Of a DNA stretch of 64,000 nt, positions 57,743 to 64,000 are shown piece after piece (position 1 is the first letter of the stretch; every line of letters starts with the position of its first letter). The stretch lies in assembly GCA_018971025.1 (NCBI GenBank), contig JAGWVE010000003.1, positions 894 to 64,893 of the forward strand, written 5' to 3'. Both the position numbers and the translations under genes were made by a program. The notes beneath the pieces are model-generated. The model ran no database searches. It was not told the origin of the DNA and saw only the letters and a list, made by a program, of their open reading frames with translations. This stretch comes from Bacteroidota bacterium (GTDB lineage Bacteria; Bacteroidota; Bacteroidia; Chitinophagales; Chitinophagaceae).

Positions 57743-59872
57743 TTAACGTGTTACTCTTTTAAAGTTGAGTCTGATAGAATTGACCGCAAGTACTACATCG
57801 CTAAGGCCCATTACAAGTGCGCCAAAAGTTGGATTTAAAAAACCAAGTGCAGCAACTGGAATGGCAACAATATTATAAGCAAAAGCCCAAAATAAATTTT
57901 CTTTAATGGTGAGGTACGTGTGTTTGCCAAGGCCTAAAGCGAGCGGTAAATTTTTAATACCATGGTTCATGAGTACTACTTGTGCACTTTGCATGGCTAT
58001 TTGTGAAGCCTCACTTAATGAAACGCCAACCGTGGCTTTAGCAAGGGCTGGCGCATCATTGATGCCGTCGCCTACCATAACCGTAGGTGCTTGTTGGGTT
58101 AGGCTTCCAATTTTATCTAATTTATTTGCGGGTGTTTGTTCGTAATAAAATTCTGTGATACCTAATTCATTTGCAACGAGTGCGCATTTCTCTTTTTTAT
58201 CACCACTTAATAAAATAGGTTGAAGCCCCATGCGTTGAAGTGTTGCGATTACTTCTTTAGCTTCTGGTCTAATTTCATCTGCCACATCGATATAGCCGAG
58301 TAAAATATTATTTTTTAGAATGTAAACATTGTGGCTATGGTCTGTGGTATGTTGTGTGGCAACTTTAAAAGATCCTGCGATATAGGTATTGCCTTCTTTA
58401 TCAGTGGCAAACATGCCAAGTCCTTTTTGCTCTTCTATTTTTTGCCAGCGAATATCGTCTTTTGTTTTCCATGCAGTTGCTATAGCATTTGCAATAGGGT
58501 GGTTGGCATATTTTTCTAATGAAAAAGCAATTTGCTTAAAAGTATTTTCATCAATAGCTGCAGTTGGGGCGAGCGTAAAATTTGTAACGGTAAATTTTCC
58601 TGTAGTAAGCGTTCCGGTTTTGTCAAAAACAACCTGCTTAATGCTTTTGAATATTTCTAAGCTTCTGGCATTTTTAAACAACACGCCATTACGAGCAGCT
58701 CTACCTAGCCCAACCGCAATGGCTGCAGGTGTTGCAAGGCCCATGGCGCAGGGACATGAAATAACGAGTACGGCAATCCCTCTAAGTAGCGAACTGCTAA
58801 AAGGGAGGGATGCAAAAAAATAATTACCTACAATGGTTAGTAATGCAATACCAATAACAGTAGGTACAAAAATGGCGCTTATTTTATCGGCGAGTTGTTG
58901 AACGGGTGGCTTTTCTGTTTGCGCCTGTTTTACGAGGTGTAAAATATTCGCAAGCACCGTATTTTCTCCAACTGCTGTTATGTATGCTTTGATGGTGCCC
59001 GATTCTACCATGCTACCACCAATGAGCAGGGCATTCATTTTTTTAATAACGGGTACGCTTTCGCCAGATATAATGGCTTCGTTAATACTGGCTTCTCCCC
59101 ATAAAACTTTACAATCCATGGGTACTGTTTCACCATTTTTTATAAGTACGATATCGCCTACTTTTAAACTAGTATTTTCTACCGGGAAAACCAGCTCTTG
59201 GTGGTTTTCATCAAAGGCAATAAGATTGGCCATTGTCTTTTGCGACACCGCTAATTTTTTTAAAGCAGCTTGCGTTGTTTCTACCGATCTATCTTCAAGC
59301 CAGTTGCCCAAAAAAACGAGTGTTAAAATGGTAGCCGTGGTTTCATAAAATAAATAATGTTCGGCTTCTCCAATAATAGTTCCATACAAACTATATCCAA
59401 ATGCAGCAACGGCGCCAAGTGCTACAAGCACATTCATATTGGGTATGCCTTTTGCAATACTAAGGATCGCACTTTTCCCAAAATAAGACATCCCTACTAC
59501 AAAAACTGGAATCGTTAAACCCAGTTGCACATAGGGGTTCATGAGTATATGAATATGTACACCTGGAATCATGTGCAGCATAAGTGGCAACGTAAAAGCC
59601 AAGCAAAACCAAAAACGTTGTAAGTGCGAACTAAATATTTTTTTTGAAGTATTGTTTGTTTCTAAACCTTCTCCAGCCACCTGGTAGCCTAATGCTTCCA
59701 CTTCTTTTTGTAATGCTTTTTTATTGGTATTTGCGGGGGCGTTAAAACTGACTTCGCCACCCATAAAATTCACCTTAACATCCTGCATACCTGAGCCCGT
59801 AAGCACTTTGTCTACGCTAAGTGCACAGTTGGTACAGCTCATGCCTTTTACCTTCCAATTCACTTTTTCCAT
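57743..59872 (-). CDS. heavy-metal (Cu-type) translocating P-type ATPase
   Basis: N-terminal HMA domain with CTNC, TM CPC motif (SCPCAMGLATP), DKTGTLT, GDGINDAP. Confidence 0.92.
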   Translation of the reverse strand: MEKVNWKVKGMSCTNCALSVDKVLTGSGMQDVKVNFMGGEVSFNAPANTNKKALQKEVEALGYQVAGEGLETNNTSKKIFSSHLQRFWFCLAFTLPLMLHMIPGVHIHILMNPYVQLGLTIPVFVVGMSYFGKSAILSIAKGIPNMNVLVALGAVAAFGYSLYGTIIGEAEHYLFYETTATILTLVFLGNWLEDRSVETTQAALKKLAVSQKTMANLIAFDENHQELVFPVENTSLKVGDIVLIKNGETVPMDCKVLWGEASINEAIISGESVPVIKKMNALLIGGSMVESGTIKAYITAVGENTVLANILHLVKQAQTEKPPVQQLADKISAIFVPTVIGIALLTIVGNYFFASLPFSSSLLRGIAVLVISCPCAMGLATPAAIAVGLGRAARNGVLFKNARSLEIFKSIKQVVFDKTGTLTTGKFTVTNFTLAPTAAIDENTFKQIAFSLEKYANHPIANAIATAWKTKDDIRWQKIEEQKGLGMFATDKEGNTYIAGSFKVATQHTTDHSHNVYILKNNILLGYIDVADEIRPEAKEVIATLQRMGLQPILLSGDKKEKCALVANELGITEFYYEQTPANKLDKIGSLTQQAPTVMVGDGINDAPALAKATVGVSLSEASQIAMQSAQVVLMNHGIKNLPLALGLGKHTYLTIKENLFWAFAYNIVAIPVAALGFLNPTFGALVMGLSDVVLAVNSIRLNFKRVTR

Positions 59873-59888
59873 AAGACCTATTTTGCTA

Positions 59889-59896
59889 CAAAGTTA
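59889..59896 (-). promoter_or_regulatory. -7 box TAACTTTG (P-type ATPase)
   Basis: 16 nt upstream of the ATG at 59872 (minus strand). Confidence 0.45.
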
Positions 59897-59919
59897 CTTC
59901 ATTCGGAGGCCTTTGTTTG

Positions 59920-59927
59920 TATATTTG
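59920..59927 (+). promoter_or_regulatory. -7 box TATATTTG, 4 nt before the ATG of tsaE
   Basis: TATATTTG-TTGC-ATG. Confidence 0.5.
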
Positions 59928-59931
59928 TTGC

Positions 59932-60348
59932 ATGGATCAAAATTTTACCCTAGACCAAATCAAGGAAGTAGCCGATACCGTTTGGGCCGAGGGAAAAGAC
60001 ACCCCTATTTGGGCCTTTTATGCCCCCATGGGTACGGGTAAAACGACACTCATCCATGCAATTTGTGAATCATTGGGTGTTACCGACACCGTGAGTAGTC
60101 CAACTTTTGCACTCGTCAATGAATACCAGCATACGGGGGGCAGTATTTTTCATATGGACTGGTACCGATTAGGGTCTTTGGAAGAAGCCATTAGGGCCGG
60201 CATTGACGAGCATTTACATAGTGGCGATACTTGTTTTATTGAATGGCCCGAAAATGTACCTGCGCTTTTAACGGGGCCGGTATTTGAAGTACGCTTATCG
60301 CTGATGGATGAAAAAACGAGGCATATATATTCTATTGTAAAATGCTAA
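59932..60348 (+). CDS. tsaE: tRNA threonylcarbamoyladenosine biosynthesis protein TsaE
   Basis: PMGTGKTTLI P-loop, SPTFALVNEY, HMDWYRL. ATG at 59932. Confidence 0.85.
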   Translation: MDQNFTLDQIKEVADTVWAEGKDTPIWAFYAPMGTGKTTLIHAICESLGVTDTVSSPTFALVNEYQHTGGSIFHMDWYRLGSLEEAIRAGIDEHLHSGDTCFIEWPENVPALLTGPVFEVRLSLMDEKTRHIYSIVKC

Positions 60349-60391
60349 CTTTATAGACAACCCAGCTAGTCACTAGCAAACACAAATTATT

Positions 60392-61606
60392 ATGGCTACT
60401 AGTAAACCTACTATTTCTACTTCTTTTTTATACGAAACCCTCGAAGAAACGTTAGATATCAAACCACTTGGTGCAAAACTGCATATTGGAATTCCCAAAG
60501 AAACGGCGTTTCAGGAAAATAGAATTGCATTAACGCCAGAGGCGGTGGGTGTTTTGGTTTCCAATGGAAATGAAGTTTCTATCGAACATTTAGCCGGCGA
60601 GGGTAGTCATTACTCCGATGCCGATTATAGTGAAGCGGGCGCTAACATTGTATTTGATAGGCATGAAATTTTTAAGTGTCCAATACTTGTAAAAAGTGCA
60701 CCCATTGTTTCTGCCGATCTACCTTTATTACAGCTCAATCAAATTATTATTTCTCCCATCCATTATTCTGCGTTACAGCAGGATGATATTCAAAAAATGA
60801 TGGAGAAAAAAATTACAGCATTAAGTTTTGAAAATTTTAAAGACGCCAGCGGTACTTATCCAATTGTGCGCAGCATGAGTGAGATAGCGGGTAGTGCCGT
60901 TATGCTTATTGCGGCACAGTACCTCAGCAGTTTTAATAAAGGCAAAGGTGTGCTACTAGGCGGTATCAGTGGTATTCCGCCAACTAAAGTAGTGATTGTG
61001 GGTGCAGGCATTGTTGGAGAAAGTGCTACCCGCAATGCACTTGCATTAGGGGCTTCCGTAAAAGTATTTGACAACGATATTTATAAGCTAAAGCAACTAC
61101 AAAATAATTTGGGCCAGCGCGTTTGGACGTCTGTGTTAGAACCTAAAATTTTAGCCAAGCAATTAAAAACTTGTGAAGTGGCAGTAGGTGCATTAAGCAA
61201 CGAGTATGGTAGAGCACCTGTTGTGGTTACCGAAGAAATGGTAGCTGCTATGCGGCCTGGGAGTATTATTATTGATGTTGCCATTGATAGAGGAGGATGT
61301 TTTGAAACCAGTGAATTAACGAGTCATGAAAAACCAACTATTGTAAAACATGGCGTTATTCATTATGGTGTTCCCAATATTCCATCTGGTTTTGCAAGAA
61401 CGGCGAGTCAGGCCATTAGCAATGTACTCATGCCACTGATGCTCAAAATTAGTGATGAGGGTGGACTAGATGAAATGTTATGGCACGATATGAATTTTAG
61501 AGAAGGTATTTATTTATTTAAAGGCGCTTTAACCGATTTTTATATCAGTCAAAAATTTGATTTAAAATACACCGACCTTAATTTACTCATTGCCAGTAGG
61601 CGTTAA
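60392..61606 (+). CDS. ald: alanine dehydrogenase / PNT-family NAD(H)-binding protein
   Basis: IGIPKETAFQENRIALTP N-terminal domain, Rossmann VGAGIVG. 404 aa. Substrate is not certain. Confidence 0.75.
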   Translation: MATSKPTISTSFLYETLEETLDIKPLGAKLHIGIPKETAFQENRIALTPEAVGVLVSNGNEVSIEHLAGEGSHYSDADYSEAGANIVFDRHEIFKCPILVKSAPIVSADLPLLQLNQIIISPIHYSALQQDDIQKMMEKKITALSFENFKDASGTYPIVRSMSEIAGSAVMLIAAQYLSSFNKGKGVLLGGISGIPPTKVVIVGAGIVGESATRNALALGASVKVFDNDIYKLKQLQNNLGQRVWTSVLEPKILAKQLKTCEVAVGALSNEYGRAPVVVTEEMVAAMRPGSIIIDVAIDRGGCFETSELTSHEKPTIVKHGVIHYGVPNIPSGFARTASQAISNVLMPLMLKISDEGGLDEMLWHDMNFREGIYLFKGALTDFYISQKFDLKYTDLNLLIASRR

Positions 61607-61625
61607 TCAGCTTCAACAAAAAATC

Positions 61626-62573
61626 ATGGAAAGAAGAAACTTTTTAAGAAACAATATGTTAGCGGGTGCTGCACTGGCAGCGGGTTCTATGCCTTTATGG
61701 GGTAAAGCAGCTAATACAAAAACAGTAAATGCAGGCATGCTCGATCCAAAACCCTTTACTGCCGATTATGCTTTTCATGATGGCATGTTTAGTGCGCATG
61801 CAGGCCCTGATTTTATTGAGCAAATCAAATTTGCACATAGTGTGGGATTTAGATCTATTGAAGACAATGGCATGATGTCACGCACACCTGAAATGCAACA
61901 AAAAATTGGAGATACACTAGCCCGTTTAAACATGCGCATGGGTGTGTTTGTAATTGCTTATGATAACTGGCCACTTCAAACGTCTTTAACAAGTGGCGAT
62001 AAGCAGTGGCGCGAAAAATTTATAAAATATTGTAACGATTCGGTAGAAGTGGCAAAAAGATGTGGTGCCAAATGGATGACGGTAGTGCCAGGAAATTATG
62101 ACCGCAAACTTCCAATGGGTATTCAAACGGCTAGGGTTATTGAGTCGCTTAGGTATGGTGCTGAAATTTTAGAGAAGCATAATTTAATTATGGTATTAGA
62201 GCCATTAAGCGATACCCCTGATTTATTTTTAAGAAACACAGATCAAACCTATGCAATATGCAAGGCAGTGAATAGCCCTTCTTGTAAAATTTTATTTGAC
62301 ATGTACCACATGCAAAGAAATGAAGGTAATATGATTGCCAATATCAATTTATGCTGGGATGAAATTGCCTATTTTCAAATAGGAGATAATCCGGGTCGCA
62401 ACGAGCCGGGTACTGGCGAAATGAATTACCAAAATTTGTTCAAACATATACACAACAAGGGCTATAGAGGTATTTATGGTATGGAACATGGTAAGGCAGG
62501 ATCTGGTAAAGAAGGTGAAATTGCACTTATTAATGCGTACCGTAATGCCGATAATTTTACTGAGGGAAGCTAA
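61626..62573 (+). CDS. Tat-exported TIM-barrel sugar-phosphate isomerase/epimerase (hydroxypyruvate-isomerase-like)
   Basis: MERRNFLRNNMLAGAALAAG twin-arginine signal. Xylose-isomerase-like barrel pattern (LEPL..., FDMYHMQ, FQIGDNPGRNEPGTGE). Confidence 0.7.
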   Translation: MERRNFLRNNMLAGAALAAGSMPLWGKAANTKTVNAGMLDPKPFTADYAFHDGMFSAHAGPDFIEQIKFAHSVGFRSIEDNGMMSRTPEMQQKIGDTLARLNMRMGVFVIAYDNWPLQTSLTSGDKQWREKFIKYCNDSVEVAKRCGAKWMTVVPGNYDRKLPMGIQTARVIESLRYGAEILEKHNLIMVLEPLSDTPDLFLRNTDQTYAICKAVNSPSCKILFDMYHMQRNEGNMIANINLCWDEIAYFQIGDNPGRNEPGTGEMNYQNLFKHIHNKGYRGIYGMEHGKAGSGKEGEIALINAYRNADNFTEGS

Positions 62574-63726
62574 CTTTTCCCATGCTAAGTGAAGGTGATC
62601 CAGCTACTGCTTCATTGGCTAAAATAGCAAACAACACCGCCTCTTTTGCATCCGGATGAATACCCAATGTTTCTAAATTTTTAAAAGAAGCATTCGGGCA
62701 TAAGTTTTGTAACTGCTGCATAATGTAGGCATTATGTATACCACCGCCACTTGCATAAATGACTAAATCTTTACTTGTGTCATTCACAACTTTACGAATT
62801 CCATCTGTTATTGTACGCGCTGTAATATAACTCAGCGATGCAATCATATCTGGATGCGCCATGTTTATTATGCCAGCGGTTTTACAAGCGGCCTCAATAA
62901 AGCTTAGGTTAAATAATTCGGGTCCAATGGTTTTAGGGAATGCAGCACTAAAAAATGGATGCGCTAATACAGCGTTTACAAAGGCTTCGTTAATGCTACC
63001 CGTGCTTGCAATGTCACCATTTGCATCATAGCTAAGGCCATCATAGTTTGCTTTCACATAACTATCAATAAGTGTATTGGCGGGGCCTACGTCAGTACTA
63101 ATAATATGGGTGGTTTGTCCGGCAGGTAAATACGTAAAATTAGCAATGCCACCCATATTTAATAAGACTCTATTTTCGGTTTCACTAGCAAATAAAATAT
63201 TGTCGCCAAATAAAGCCAGTGGTGCACCTTCGCCGCCCGCTGCAATATGCTTTTGTCGAAAATCACTAATCGTAATAATGCCTGTTGTAGTGCTTAGGAT
63301 ATCACCATCTCCAATTTGCAATGTTGCGTTGCCATAACCACTTTGCGGATGCATCGAAGTTGGCGCATGGTAAATGGTTTGGCCATGACTTGCTATTAAA
63401 TCGATACTTGAATTTTTGATACCCCAACTTGCAAGTGCCGACAAAACCATGCTAGCATGAACCTTAGCTATATGTGCATGTAAAATGGTTACTTGTTCAA
63501 GATTTACATTTTTAATTGAAAATATTTGAGCAATAGCTGCTTTAAATCCAGCGTCGTATGGAATAGTAGTGTGGTGTGTGACGTTTATTTTTGTGTGCTT
63601 GCCACTACCCATAATTTTACAAACAGCAATATCAAGCCCATCAACAGAAGTACCGCTCATGAGTCCAACAATGGTTCTTTCATGGCTACCTGCAATGCGG
63701 TAAAGGGCTTCGATATTCGGGTTCAT
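62557..63726 (-). CDS. anmK: anhydro-N-acetylmuramic acid kinase
   Basis: GLMSGTSVDGLD N-terminus, GGIANFT, SGGGIHN. Confidence 0.9.
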   Translation of the reverse strand: MNPNIEALYRIAGSHERTIVGLMSGTSVDGLDIAVCKIMGSGKHTKINVTHHTTIPYDAGFKAAIAQIFSIKNVNLEQVTILHAHIAKVHASMVLSALASWGIKNSSIDLIASHGQTIYHAPTSMHPQSGYGNATLQIGDGDILSTTTGIITISDFRQKHIAAGGEGAPLALFGDNILFASETENRVLLNMGGIANFTYLPAGQTTHIISTDVGPANTLIDSYVKANYDGLSYDANGDIASTGSINEAFVNAVLAHPFFSAAFPKTIGPELFNLSFIEAACKTAGIINMAHPDMIASLSYITARTITDGIRKVVNDTSKDLVIYASGGGIHNAYIMQQLQNLCPNASFKNLETLGIHPDAKEAVLFAILANEAVAGSPSLSMGKVSFPQ

Positions 63727-63728
63727 GC

Positions 63729-64000
63729 TTATTTGTACTTTTTAATATCAATCACTTCTTCACAAAAATTATATTCTAAAGAATCATTACTGCTTACAAT
63801 AATTAATTTATTAGATGCATAGTTTTGAATAAGTGAATGGTAAAGCGCATAACCTGTTTCGTCTAAGTTGGTACAGGGCTCATCTAAAAATAAAACAGGC
63901 ACATCAGAAAAAATGGCCTGTGCTAATTTTATACGCTGCTTCATACCGCTTGAATAATACCTGATTTGTTTGTTGGCGGCAGCAGTAAGTTCAATGGTTT
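63729..64000 (-). CDS. ABC transporter ATP-binding protein (N-terminus beyond window edge)
   Basis: The frame is open to the window end. Signature YSSGMKQRIKLAQAI and Walker B VLFLDEPCTNLD are visible. Confidence 0.75.
   Translation of the reverse strand, partial: TIELTAAANKQIRYYSSGMKQRIKLAQAIFSDVPVLFLDEPCTNLDETGYALYHSLIQNYASNKLIIVSSNDSLEYNFCEEVIDIKKYK

Overview
This 64-kb window looks like a densely packed core-genome segment of a Bacteroidota chromosome. The phylum call rests on a T9SS C-terminal sorting domain, many TAnnTTTG (-7 type) promoter boxes, A-rich leaders without Shine-Dalgarno sequences, and DUF families typical of the phylum. Order and family cannot be assigned without a homology search.

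I call 59 protein-coding genes, almost all housekeeping:
- Replication and repair: dnaX, dnaB, ruvA-less ruvB and ruvC, recQ.
- Translation: pheT, leuS, gatA, rplS, SUI1/yciH, rsmA, rsmE, tsaE, engB.
- Energy and metabolism: the F-ATPase block atpB-E-F-H-A, gpmI, purA, pdxA, pabB-like, ald.
- Stringent response, RNA turnover, transcription and export: relA/spoT, rny, greA, tatA.
- Envelope: L,D-transpeptidase, lytic transglycosylase, uppP, ftsX, anmK.
- Transport: three ABC systems, a TonB-dependent receptor, a Cu-type P-ATPase and an MFS transporter.

I recognised no rRNA, tRNA, CRISPR array, transposase, integrase, phage module or defence island. I therefore cannot point to a convincing novel multi-gene system.

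The signals most worth follow-up are regulatory or recoding features, plus a few odd proteins:
1. dnaX has an A10 slippery run followed by a hairpin, and both shifted frames stop almost immediately. This predicts a short gamma product.
2. Five same-orientation DnaA-box-like 9-mers are phased in the 329-bp gap between dnaB and pheT.
3. Five genes have a perfect TAnnTTTG box exactly 4 nt before the start codon, which predicts leaderless mRNAs. One of these starts with GTG.
4. A DUF1501 protein combines a twin-arginine signal with a T9SS C-terminal domain.
5. A 145-aa protein alternates Lys/Ser-rich and Asp/Glu/aromatic-rich blocks and ends in DDDDDDF.
6. A flippase-like membrane protein has a conserved-looking N-terminus with no canonical start codon upstream of it.
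7. A strong terminator-like hairpin sits inside the atp operon, and atpG is missing after atpA.

All functional calls come from motif recognition by eye in the supplied ORF translations. No searches were run. I re-examined start codons because the ORF track extends to the longest TTG/GTG/ATG start.
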